DNA from: Octopus sinensis
Taxonomy: Eukaryota
Reading direction: 5' to 3'
Assembly: GCF_006345805.1 (NCBI RefSeq)
Contig: NC_043004.1
Location: forward strand, 23,560,001 to 23,624,000
Length of the DNA stretch: 64,000 bases
Every line of letters begins with the position of its first letter. Position 1 is the first letter of the stretch. The position numbers were made by a program, and so were the translations under genes. The notes under the pieces were generated by a model. It saw only the letters and a list, made by a program, of their open reading frames with translations. It was not told the DNA's origin and did not search any database. This document shows positions 48,260 through 60,985 of the stretch, piece after piece.

Positions 48260-48690
48260 ATGGCTTTAATCTATGCAAGGCGTATAAATGCATGCTCATG
48301 TCTTTGAAACTGTCAATCCTTCTCAACCAATTCTTCAAGGCTCACTTTGGAAACAAACTCACCGGCTGAATGACTTTAGGTGATTATTTATAGATGTGGT
48401 AGCAGTCATCAAAACCAAGATTTTGCTCACACTGGCTCTTATATCTAACGGTTACGAGATAGACACATTTCTTGGCAGGCATGGATCGGGAGAAGGAGTC
48501 GCAGTGTTGATCCGAAAAGATCTGGATTTCGAGATACTGACAATTCTCCTAAAATCGGATGGTAAGTCGATGTTCTTAGATATGTACAACAGCGAAGGCG
48601 ATGCCTTCAGGCTTGTAGGTGTCTATGCCTCACTAGGAACATGGCCGGCAACTAGTCTGGAAAGAACTGAGATGAGGTTATGAACAAGGT
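48260..48690 (+). mobile_element. L1/Tx1-type AP-endonuclease relic
   Basis: DVVAVIKTK (LQETH-like), GEGVAVLIRKDLDFEI, DGKSMFLD and FRLVGVYA motifs. Confidence 0.7.
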
Positions 48691-48935
48691 GGCCAGTCTC
48701 ACACAAATGGAGTGAGTGAAAGCTATCTGTGAAAGGAGAACGCATATGTCACCACCGTCATTTAAATCCTCCTGACTGTCGTACCCTGCCCTGTTTCAAG
48801 TTTGGCCAGGTTGGACTTCTCTTTCATTTGATCAGGCTGGAATCACATGTCTTTCGCTTTTTGTGAAGGGACGCATTTTACAGTCAGGCGGTTTATCTAT
48901 TATCAACATCCTCTGCATGGAGCTCGACATACATA

Positions 48936-49102
48936 GGCGTAGGAGTGGCTGTGTGGTAAGTAGCTTGCTTACCAACCACATGGTTCTGGGTTTAGTTCCA
49001 CCGTGTGGCACATTGGGCAAGTGTCTTCTACTATAGCCTCGGGTCGACCGAAGCCTTGTGAGTGGATTTGGTAGACGGAAACTGAAAGAAGCCCGTCGTA
49101 TA

Positions 49103-49142
<40 letters not shown>

Positions 49143-49350
49143 TCTGTCTGTGTTTGTCCCCACCAACATCGCTTGACAGCCGATGCTGGTGTGTTTACGT
49201 CCCCGTAACTTAGCGGTTCGGCAAATGATGACTAATAGAATAAGTACTAGGCTTACAAAGAATAAGTCCTGGGGTTTATTTGCTCGACTAAAAGGTGGTG
49301 CTCCAGTATGGCCGCAATGAAATGACTGAAACAAGTAAAAGAGTAAAGGA
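48936..49350 (+). mobile_element. SINE family A, near-consensus
   Basis: Full head, (TG)n core and tail. Confidence 0.9.
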
Positions 49351-49404
49351 ATATACCGTGGAATTTAATACACAAGAATGTATTGAAACTTCATTATTTA
49401 TAAT

Positions 49405-49830
49405 GGTAAGGTGGCAAGCTAGCAGAATTGCCACCCGTCGGACGAAATGCTATGCGGCATTTCTTCTGGCTTTACGTTCTGAGTTCTAATATCGCCGAGG
49501 TCGAGTTTGCTTTTCATCCAGTAACACTGCATAAAATAAATAGTAACTGCGCACAGGGGTGGAGGGTAATGTAATCGGCTTAGTCCACTTTTTAAAATTG
49601 CTGGCCTTGTGCCAAAATTTGAAGTCGTTAAAATGGGAAACTGGCAGACTCGTTAGCTCATCGGACAAAATGCTTACCAGCTTTCTCCCGGCTTTTGCCA
49701 TTCTGAGTTCAACATTGTCTTTCATCCTTTTGGAGCTCTATAAAATAAAGTACCAGTCAAGTACTGGAGTCGATGTAATCTACTTACTCCTCCACTAAAA
49801 TTGTTGGCTTTGTGCCAAAATTTGAAACCA
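49405..49830 (+). mobile_element. Two adjacent SINE family B copies
   Basis: Head and tail motifs are repeated. Confidence 0.75.
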
Positions 49831-49957
49831 TAATTCATCATCATTACATACCGTAGCATTCAGGACGTTAGTTTGTTTATTGTTACTAGATTATTTATAA
49901 GGTATGTGTGTGTGCATATATGTGTGTGTGTATACACGCACATGTGTTTGTGTAAGA

Positions 49958-50380
49958 ACGCAGGCATGGCGCGGTTTGCTTCCCAACCACATGGTTCTGG
50001 GTTCAGTCCCACTGCATGGCACCTTGGGCAAGTGTCTTCTACTATAGCCCCGAGATAACTCAAGCCTTGTGAGTAGATTTGGTAGACGAAAACTGAAAGA
50101 AACCCGTCGTATATGCGCATATACATATATCTATGTCTCTGTGTGTATGTATGTGTGTCTTTGCGTCTGTGTTTGTCCCACCTCCACTGCTTGACAACCG
50201 GTGTTGGTGTGTTTACGTTCCTGTAACTTAGCGGTTTGGCAACAGAGTCTAATAGAATAAGTGCTAGGCTTTTAAAAAATGTACTGGAGTCGATTCATTC
50301 GACTAAAAATTGTTCAAAGGCGGTGCCCCTTCATGGGCGGAGTCTAATGACTTAAGAAAGTAAATAAAAAAGATAAAAGA
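49958..50380 (+). mobile_element. SINE family A
   Basis: Homologous copy. Confidence 0.85.
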
Positions 50381-51063
50381 TGGCCGAGCGGTTAAGAAGT
50401 GTGGTTAGCAATCATGAAATTCCGGGATCGATCTCGCTACCAAAAAATTTGGACTGATGTTTTTTACCATAGCCTTGGGTTCTCATCGTATTTTAAGTCT
50501 GGACAGAAATGCAGAAGAGTGATAAAAAGAGAGGTGGATGTATATATGTATACAGATAAGTAGATGTGTATAGGTACATGTATATATGTATATGTATGCG
50601 TAAATACATACACACTATCACCCACGCACAAACCACATATATATGTAATAGAAAGTTTAGTACACATTTTTCACCATGTCTCTGAAACTGCCAAACCTTC
50701 TCAACCAATTCTTCAGTCTAATACAGGATGTTTATTGAATTTCCAATATCACAGCAGGCTTTCATTGTATTTTAAGGACAGAAATGTAGATGAGTGATAA
50801 ACGGACAGGCTGATGTACAGATAGACTGACAAGTGAGAGAGAGAGAGAGAGAGAGGGAGAGACAGAGAGAAAGAAAGAGGGAGAAAGAGAAAGAGAGAGA
50901 TAATAAACTATAAAAGAAAAAGGTGTCTCCTCCAAACAGACACGTTATCACCAACACAAGAATCATAACAATTGTAATTAAAAATGTGAAAAAGAAAAAT
51001 GTAAATAAATCGAACCTGAAATTAAAGTTATCGACAGATATTGAGAAGAAGCGGATTGCACAC

Positions 51064-51114
<51 letters not shown>

Positions 51115-51486
51115 TATATAGATTGATATACCTGCATATATATGTATGTATAGACGTATATATATATATATATATATTCATGTATATATATGTGTGTGTA
51201 TGTGTGCATGCCCTCGTGTATATATATGTATAAATATATATGTATATCAGTATGTATGTATGTATGTATGTATGCATAGCTATAGGTGACACTTCCCTGT
51301 CAGCAATGGTCATTCTCGTCTAACGTGTAGACAGCTATCATGTATACATATATGCCTGGGTATATACATATATGAATGTGTGCGTCTGTATATTGTATAT
51401 ATGAGTGTATTTGTAGAAACCTGTACGTCAACATATATATATATATATATATATATAGACACGCACACACACACATACACACACAC

Positions 51487-51538
<52 letters not shown>

Positions 51539-51557
51539 GTGTCAGTGCGCCAGTGAA

Positions 51558-51878
51558 GGCGCGTGGCTTAGTGGTTAGGGCATTCGGCTCACGATTGTAA
51601 GGTCGTGAGTTCAATTCCCAGCGACGCGTTGTGTCCTTGAGCAAGACACTTTATTTCACGTTGTTCCAGTCCACTCAGCTGGCACAAATGAGTTGTACGT
51701 GTATTTCAAAAGGCCGGCCTTGTCACACTCTGTGTCACGCTGAATCTCCCTGAGAAATACGTTAGGGGTACACGTGTCTGTGGATTGCTCAGTCACTTGC
51801 ACGTTAATTTCACGAGCAAGCTGTTCCGTTGATCATATCAGCTGGGACCCTCGTCGTCGTAACCGTCGGAGTGCTCCG
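51558..51878 (+). mobile_element. tRNA-derived SINE family D
   Basis: A box tggcttagtgg and B box gagttcaattcc, then ttgtgtccttgagcaagacact. Decayed homologues lie at ~3192-3440 (+), ~13662-14000 (+) and ~1430-1760 (-). Confidence 0.85.
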
Positions 51879-52238
51879 ATATACACGTGCGTCAGTCGCC
51901 TAAGAGACCATAAGTCAGAGAAAAGATGCACATCTGTCAATAGAGTGGATACATTATCTGAAATATATAGTATTACATCGCATCTGATCTTACCAATCAG
52001 TTTCGCGCAAGGAATACAATGGAGTGTTAGTTAACAACCCGACAGACATTAACTAAGGTGTACAAGGGATGATTCATAATCTCACATGCATAATATATTT
52101 AGAATTTATACATAATTTCAAACAATCGGTTAACTTTGATGAGCGTAAGCTTATATAATCGGATTGTTATCTAACACTTTATAGTATTCCTTGCTGGTAA
52201 GATCAGCCGTGATGGATATATAATATTGTAGACTTCGG

Positions 52239-52281
<43 letters not shown>

Positions 52282-52323
52282 TATATATATGTATGTATGT
52301 GTGTGACCGCGCGTACACAGACA

Positions 52324-52360
<37 letters not shown>

Positions 52361-53048
52361 CTGATATAGGTTAGGTTATGCGTACGTGGTCGTATGCTGG
52401 ATTATCTTTCCGAAAGTTAATTGCATGTATGAATATGCAAGCATACATATCAGTGTATATATATGTTAACAAGTATTCGTGAGTACTTACGATTATTATG
52501 GTTGGCAATAAATGATATCTTTATCGTTAGATATATCAGATATCATACCACGCAGTATTTATTCTGGGTTTGTAATGCTCTGAGCTCAAATTCCACCGTG
52601 TCCAACTCTGCCTTTTTTTGTTTTCGGGGCCAATAGAAGAAAGTATCATGGTGTCGAAAAACCCATCCGTTAGGTTATTAATCTGTAATTCACTAGCTGC
52701 TCACCAGCGGCGGAAGCAGTATATAGTTCTCGATAACATTCTGTATATCTTAGTTTTATGTAATAGTATGGTAGGGAAAACTCAGCAGCGAACAACTATT
52801 GCCAATACACAGAAACAATTGTTGCAATATGTGATTAAAACATCTTCATTCTACTTGTTTTATAAATTTTTATATATGTATACATATGTACATCCTCATT
52901 CAGTTTTATTTCAAGATTTCTTGCCAATAGAGAAAGAATCAGTTTCTAACCGAGATTCAAGGCTCCTTTGTTGAAATTTCAACATCAACAGGTTATGTAT
53001 GTATGTATGTATGTATGTATGTATATATGTATGTATGTATGTATGCAT

Positions 53049-53184
53049 GCAGATTTGTATGTTTTGTTTTATGCATGTATTCTCATGCTTGTAGTTGCAT
53101 GTCTAGATAGGAACTTCTGGAAAGTTTTACAAATTTTTAGTTTCAGCGATGGCTTGATTTGTAGTCTTCGTATCAGCTTTCTCG
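53049..53184 (-). mobile_element. 3' end of an RLE-type non-LTR element embedded in (TATG)n
   Basis: RKLIRRLQI...KICKTFQKF C-terminus, and 3' UTR end aaaacatacaaatctgc identical to 36421-36437. (TATG)n lies on both sides. Confidence 0.6.
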
Positions 53185-53247
53185 TGTATGTATGTATGTA
53201 TGTATGTATGTATGTATGTATGTACACACACACACACACACACACAG

Positions 53248-53284
<37 letters not shown>

Positions 53285-54671
53285 CATTCACACACAAATA
53301 CATAATTTGGAACAAAAAGAAAATGCACACCAACCTATCTTTTCTGATCACTTTTCCATAAGAAACTGCTAATCTGATATTCTGATTCTCCTTACTTATC
53401 TTCGGCGAATTGGCTGCCGTCTGCCATACGATTGCAGAATTCAATCCTGGAATTTTAATATCATTACTCTATCTAGCCTATCTCTGAACGATTCTTGTCA
53501 ACGGAGAATAATGTATAGTTTTCTGTATGTGTAGGTTATACCTCTCCAAAACATAAAAGGTTTTCTGTGTATTTGTGCATTTCCAAACACACACACAGAG
53601 TTTTTTATTTTATTTCTTGTGAGTCACTACTTGTTGGTTTTCTTATTTTTTTGTTTCCGATCACCAGGCGGCTGATTAAATGATTCAGAATCTTGTTCAA
53701 CTCTCACCAAAAGCAGCTTGGCAAGAAATTGCTTCGCAATGGGATTTATATTAATGAGCGGGGAAAAAAAAAGGATAAAACTTTCAATTTTTATTAAAAA
53801 CTATCAATAAAAACCGGTCATGAAACTACAAAAATACAAAGAACAAAATGTATGTAAAAAAAAGCTAGACGCGGGCATGGCTAGATAGAGGCGTGGCTAG
53901 GCGCAGGCATGGCTGTGTAGTTAGGAAGCCAGCTTAGCGACTACGTAATTTCGGGTTCAGTCATACCTCGCGGCACCTTGGGCAAGTGTCTTCTACTATA
54001 GCCTCGGACCGATCAATGCCTTTATTAGTATCTATCTATCTATCTATTTTTCTTTTTTCTTAGTTGACTGCAGCCATGCTGGAGCACCGCCTCGAAGGAT
54101 TTTAGTCGAATAAATCGACCCCAGGACTTATTTTTTACAGCCTAGTACTTATTCTATCGGTCTCATTGCCGATCTGCTAATTTACGGGAACATAAACACA
54201 CTAACACCGGTTGTCAAGCGATGATGGGGGATAAATACACGCACACACACACACACCACACACACACACACATATGTAAGGGTTGTTGGTTTGTTTACGA
54301 CATCGCAACTTAGCGGTTTAGCGAAAGGAACGGATAGAATAAGTAACAGAATAAAAAAATAAGTACTGGCGTCGATTTGTTCGACGCAATCCTTCATGGC
54401 AGTTCTCCAGAATGACCGCAGTGAAATCATTGAAAAGATAAAAGTTGGCGGATAGGAATAGATATCTTAGAATTTTGGCTCGAGTTATGGTTAAGATTTA
54501 GGAGAAATGGAAACAATCGTTTCTAAGGCAACAGATCTTTGTGGAATGTAATTAGTTGACTTAGTTGTCCATAGTACTTGTCTGGCATTTTATTTATCCT
54601 TAAAAAATATAAATCAAAGTTGACTTCAGAAGAATTTTAACTCAGACGTTGAGAATCACTGGTCTTTTTTT

Positions 54672-54881
54672 TTTTACTCTTTTACTTGTTTCAGTCATTT
54701 GATTGTGGCCATGCTGGAGCACCGCCTTTAGTCGAGAAAATCGACCCCAGGACATATTCTTTGTAAGCCTAGTACTTATTCTATCGGTCTCATTTGTTGA
54801 ACCACTAAGTGACGGGGACGTAAACACACCAGCATCGGTTGTCAAGCGATATTAGGGGGACAAACACAAACACAAACATAT

Positions 54882-54912
<31 letters not shown>

Positions 54913-55088
54913 CATACATATATACGACAGGCTTCTCTCAGTTTCCGTCTATCAAATCCACTCACAAGGTTTTGGTTGTCCCGAGGCTATAGTAGAAGAC
55001 ATTTGCCCAAGGTTCCACACAGTGGGACTGAACCCGGAACCATGTGGTTGGTAAGCAAACTACTTACCACACAGCCTCTCCTACGCCT
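54672..55088 (-). mobile_element. SINE family A
   Basis: Reverse-complement copy. Further fragments lie at ~53890-54445. Confidence 0.9.
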
Positions 55089-56584
55089 ATAAAAGATGGG
55101 GCATGGGTTGACTTAAAGCAGACCAGTTCACAGTTTGTTGATTGCTCTTCAGACATACCCACTTACGTTCTCTAATGATTTTGCTTACACAGTGTCTCTT
55201 GCAGCATGATTTTTAACAATGCATATGTTTTATATGATTAAGCTAAAACAGTTTGAGTTGTAGATTTATGAGCGTGTAGGGGTTCTTGTGTAAGTATCAT
55301 GTGTTTTAATGAAATTATATTTAAGTTGCTGGACCTTAATTCAGTCATGTGGAGGTTTATTTTTTTAGCGCGTATTAAGTGTTTTGATATGATATTTATG
55401 CAGGTAGTAAGACATCAGAAATAGCTGGAGATAAATGTATAAATTAATAAGTTGGTTTAAAGTAAGAAATTATGAAAAGGAGAATGAGAAGAGAGGAAAG
55501 GTAAAGAAATACCTGAGTGGGAAAAAGAAAGATAAATCTTTTATCTGAAGAAAGGTACTGTCGGAATGGAGAAGTCATTAACAGAAAGAACGTTTCCGTC
55601 TGTCTCTCTTATTTTGCAAGGCAATATCCGTCGAGCGAGTAAGTTGAGAAGTTAATGTAGTTGTATTGTAGAAGGTTGAATTTGCTATTGTGCGAGAGAT
55701 TTCCGGAGTTGATATTACTATTTTGAACACACACACACACATATACACACATGTACACGCGTACGCACGTGCGCATGCACACAAAAGCAGATAGTGAAGT
55801 CATTGTTAGGTTCTTAACAATCTTTTCGGGTACGTTCTGTCACCTTCTTTTACATTCATTCTGTTACTCAGGAGGCAGACCTTTCTAAGAAGAATTATAT
55901 TTGTCTCAGTTATTAATGCTAGTAGTAACTACTACATGGTCGGTGGTAAACATGTTATAAGACTGCAGGTGATCACTCTTCTTTAACTTATCTTTGTAAA
56001 TACAATTCTCCCGTCATCCATCTAAGATACGATATTATCTGTTCAGCACTGAGTAAGCTGTCTTCTCAAATACAAGAGACTTGTCAATTATAAATCCGAA
56101 TGAATTGAAAATCTGTAGTGCCTGAAGTTTCTCAGTTTCGTGTCTTTAGTTTCCTTAATGTACCATCTCCATTAACTTCCAAACTTTGTGGTCTAGATAA
56201 GTTACATGCGACCAAAGGAGCCCACATTATGAAGTTTCTAATAACACTTTTACTTATTTGCTAAATTTTTCCAACAAAATCTGCAGAGGTATCCTTATTT
56301 TTCATTTTTTTCTGAGTTTTTCGAATTGTAAATATAATTTACAGACAACCAGTATAGTCGTTTTTCTCTCTTTTTTTTTTTCAGTTTTTTCAGCTAATAT
56401 TATATTCAGCCTGTTAATTTAAGGCTTTTCATGCTTTGAGTTCAAATCCTGCCGAGGTTAACTTTATATTTCATCCCTCTAAAGGTCGCTAAACTAAAGT
56501 AACGATCCCGAAATGGCATAGATTTTAAACGACTATACTCCTTACCCAAATTTGGGACGTTAAATCAATGTTATATATTAATAT

Positions 56585-57535
56585 TGGCTTCAAATTTTGG
56601 AACAAAGACAGCAAGGTTTTGTGAGAGGAAGTAAGTCGATTACATCGACCCCAGTGCTCAACTGATGCTTATTTCATCGACCCCGAAAGGATGAAAGGCA
56701 AAGTCGACCTCGGCGAAATTTGAACTCAGAATGTAAAGACGACGGAAGAAAGGTAGCTAAGCATTTTACCCAGCATGCTAACGATTCTGCCAGCTTGCCG
56801 TCTTATGTTAGACATTATAATACCCATAAGGTGAAATACTTAGCGGTATTTCGCCCATCTTTATATTCTGAGTTCAAATTCCGCTGAGGTCGACTTTGCC
56901 TTTGATCCATTCGGGGTCAATAAATTAAGTACCAGTGAAACACTGGGTTCGACATAATCGACTAGTGCCGTCCACCAAAATTTCAAGCGTTGTACCTATA
57001 GTAGAAAGGATTATTATTATATCCATATAAAGCGGTGAGTTGGCAGAAACGTTAGCACGCTGGCGAAATGCGTAGCCGTATTTCGTCTGCCGTTACGTTC
57101 TGAGTTCAAATTCCGCCGAGGTCGACTTTGCCTTTCATCTTTTCGGGGTCGATAAATTAAGTACTAGTTACGCACTGGGGTCGATGTAATCGACTTAATC
57201 CGTTTGCATGTCCATGTTTGTCCCTCTGTGTTTAGCCCCTTGTAGGTAGTAAAGAAATAGGTATTTCGTCTGCCGCTACGTTCTGAGTTCAAATTCCGTG
57301 GAGGTCGACTTTGCCTTTCATCCTTTCCGGGTCGATTAAATAAGTACCAGTTACACACTGGGGTCGATGTAATCGACTTAATCCGTTTGTCTCTCCTTGT
57401 TTGTCCCCTCTGTGTTTAGCCCCTTGTGGGTAGTAAAGAAATAGGTATTTCGCCTGGCGCTAATTTATGGGTTCAAATTCCATTGAGGTCGACTTTGCCT
57501 TTCATCCTTTTGAGGTCGATAAATTAAGTACCAGT
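56585..57535. mobile_element. SINE family B cluster: minus copy (56585-56803), plus copy (56830-57012), plus-strand trimer (57030-57535)
   Basis: Repeated gaggtcgactttgcctttcatcc blocks. Trimer junctions read agaaataggtatttcg. Confidence 0.88.
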
Positions 57536-57899
57536 CAAATACGAATATTCAGTAGCTTATTTGAAAAGATAGAAAGACAGACACTCCGTAGACTATTTGA
57601 GCATGTTTGTGTTTTCAAGTTGAAGCTGGTGCTTACGCCGGTACATTTGAGCATGAAGTTCCTGAACAGTATATTTCGTAGCCATAGTATCCATAATTAA
57701 AATTTAGTTGTAGAACAACGTTTAATCTATTTTTGTATGTATTTTGTTTTAATATCGACGAATGAAAATAACAAAAGTCCAGTCACGAAGAAGTATTTAC
57801 ATCAGTGAAAGATTTTGTTCCATCCAAGCTGGAAGTCACTTGATGCTGCTCCAACACGTCTTTTGCCTGCCCCGATGGAGTGGCGGAAGACAAAATGAT

Positions 57900-57965
57900 C
57901 AACAGCAGCAGCAGCAAAACCACCACCACCACCACCACCACCACCACCATCTCCACCCATCCTCC

Positions 57966-58008
<43 letters not shown>

Positions 58009-58021
58009 CACCACCACCACC

Positions 58022-58066
<45 letters not shown>
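57900..58066. repeat. (CAG)/(CAC)n/(TAC)n compound trinucleotide array
   Basis: Seen directly. Confidence 0.95.
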
Positions 58067-58067
<1 letters not shown>

Positions 58068-59964
58068 TTTACCTTATGATCTAAAAACCCTGGTTTCTAT
58101 CATTAAACTTTACACTAATCCGTTGTTTAGCCCTCGAATCACTGGCTGATCAAAGACGTTTCAAATGTTAAATTCCATCCTTTTAGAAATACATTATTTC
58201 CTTTGCTAACATGCTGCAGTGGGATGTGAGGGCGATTTAACTGCTATTTCTTGTAGGTAGGACAGCAACGCAGATATTCTTTCTGTTTTATCCTCTACAG
58301 ATTTTTTTGTAACGTTAACCTATCATTGATCTTTTGCTTTACCAAATTATTTACTTCAGTCCTATCATCTGTGTTTGTGGAAATAACTCCTTAATTCTTA
58401 TTTCAGATCTTCTCCCAAACCCCAAATGGAGGAAATTTAGACCAGAATTTTTTTTTTCTATCAGGGTTTATCTACCACCAAAACGACTAGTCAAAGAATG
58501 ATTTATCACAAAATAACTAATCACTTTTACATAATGCTTCACTTTCAGTTTTCTTTTTCTTTATCAAGTTCAACTTCTATAATATCTATGGCAGCTGTAG
58601 ATCCACGATATAGCAGATCACAGATCATTAATATTAATGATATCATTTACTTGTATCGTTGACAGGATGTGATTAAAATATATAATTGCTACTTCTTCTA
58701 TGGCATTTGCTCGTTAACACTCCAAATAAATAGATATTCTTACTCTGTTGCTGTAATGTATCATAAAACATATCTATAGATTTATTAGCCAACTCTGCAA
58801 GGGAAAAGCTGTTATTGGAATCTTCATCAGCAACTGCGTATCCTCCCTAACTATCGAACACGTTGTTTATAAACCCATTAAAATTACCTTCAAATTTTGG
58901 CACAAGGCCAGTAATTTCGAAGAAAGAACATGTCGACTGCATCAACCCCAGTGCTCAACTGGTACTTATTTTATTGACCTCGAAAGGCTGAACGGCAAAG
59001 TTGACCTCGGCGGAATTTGAACTCAGAGCATAAAGACGGACGAAGCAAACCCACTAATATTAGGAGCTAAAGTAAGATGGGTAGACTAATTTGCATATTT
59101 AACACATTTCCCGACAGCTACATGGAACATGTTTACTGTTGTGTAAACAGAGTCTTGTTTCATTGCTGTAATGTATTATAAAGCAATCCGTTAAAACAAT
59201 ACCATCTACATTCATCACCGGTCTTTTCAAACCTATTTTCCTTAGCATCACTCAGTAATAGGTTTCCTTTCTCACTTTAGTATTGTTAATTATGTTATTT
59301 ATTTTATAATTGTATATCCTTTACTTTCACTCAGAATGCTATTATAATTGCTGTTAATATTCTGTGTTTCCTGCTCTTTTAACAATGGCAGTTTAACCCT
59401 CAGCTCAATCTCGATCAAACTGGTATGATATGATCATCCCGTCTCATCTATAGGATATAAGACTACATTATCATATATGTTCATTCTTTTCCAAAGACCG
59501 TAAGGTGGAATTAAAGGATATTTTGTTCTGCTATTTTCAGGAGTTTGAACGATCACGTAAGCTCTTCCACTCGTCTGTTAACAATTTTGTTGATGAAATA
59601 CCCTAATTACTTTCAGCTACCTTTCGATTTAGTCAAACGTTTCGATCAACGCTATTTAGATAAGAGAAACACGCAAAGTCTACTTCTGAAATATTTCATT
59701 ACATATAGTTTCTTTTGGATAGTTCAGAACTTAAATACCAATATATCTCGAATGAATATTTTTAGACATCTTTATTCAGAGATATTTTGTCGTGACTTTG
59801 CTTACTCCTAGGGAGGTATAACATTATATTTTTTAGTTGAACAAGTATTACGGATTTTACTCGTATTAATTTTTACAATATCATTTGGGTTTTGCTAAAG
59901 CAATTGACCATAGCGTGTAGTAATGTAGGAATAACACACACACGCACATATGCATATATGCACA

Positions 59965-60023
<59 letters not shown>

Positions 60024-60532
60024 CAACCGTCTATATTTAGAACTACAAACAAGAAAAATTTTAAAGATACTCTATACATGATGTAGCGTGCTAAACTCAG
60101 AGCACACATTTAATAGCAGTTCAACCAGCGGAAACAATCACGGAGATGCAGAAATAGAATGAATATCCCCCCTACGCTAGGAAACTGAATAACAGTGGTG
60201 TCTAAAAATCCCGGAGCACTACACTTTCTTTAACCAATGGAACTAAAAAAAATCTACGTTATATTTACTGGAAAAATTTTACGTCTTAATGAAAGACTTA
60301 TGGTCACTAAACAGAAGGGGTGATATTTTGAGATATTGTAAAAACATGATAAAATCTTTGCTAAAAGTTTTCAATTACAAACGGATTAGATGTCTTTAGG
60401 TGTCTTTAGGTTCAAAAGGTGACATCCTTTCCCTCATCGGGGAAATACTATTTTATTTTTCAGTCAATCCGAACCAACGCCTTGTGAAACTACGAGTAAC
60501 TCGACCTATTATTGACCTTACACACACACACA

Positions 60533-60755
60533 TCTTTTATCTTTTACTTGTTTCAGTCATTAGATTGCGGCCATGCTGGGGCACCGCCTTGAAGAACTTT
60601 TAGCCGAATGAACCGACCCCAGTAATCTTGGTACTTATTCTATTCGTCTCTTTTTGCCGAACTGCTAAGTTACGCGAATGTAAACAAAATACCGGCTGTC
60701 AAATGGTGTGTGTGTGTGTGTGTGGTGGGAGACAAACACAAGGACACACACACAC

Positions 60756-60812
<57 letters not shown>

Positions 60813-60985
60813 ACACAGATACAACGGGCCTTTTTAAGCTTCCGTCTACCAAATCCACTCCTAAGGATTTAGTCAGCTCGAGACTATGATAAAAGACACT
60901 TATCAAAGGTGCTATGCAGTGGAACTGAACCCGGAACCATGTGACTGGGAAGCAAGCTTCTTACCACACAGCCGCGCTTGTGCCC
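60533..60985 (-). mobile_element. SINE family A
   Basis: Reverse-complement copy with a (CA)n core. Confidence 0.85.

Noticed and set aside
50900-51020. Hydrophobic minus-strand stretch resembling a transmembrane exon
   Set aside because: It is T-rich low-complexity sequence with no donor site. The intervening juxtamembrane/KHD exons expected between it and 29606 are absent.
51558-51630. tRNA-like sequence with A/B boxes (also at 16475-16540 and 50380-50430)
   Set aside because: There is no proper acceptor stem or cloverleaf, and the sequence continues into a SINE body. These are tRNA-derived heads, not tRNA genes.
53396-53446. 51-nt minus-strand AG...GTAAG candidate exon (LNSAIVWQTAANSPKI)
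   Set aside because: It has no similarity to receptor GCs. It is open only in a phase incompatible with the phase-0 intron upstream of 29606, and its acceptor is weak.
58744-58794. 51-nt minus-strand candidate exon (LANKSIDMFYDTLQQQ)
   Set aside because: The splice signals are plausible, but there is no family similarity and it has in-frame stops in phase 0.
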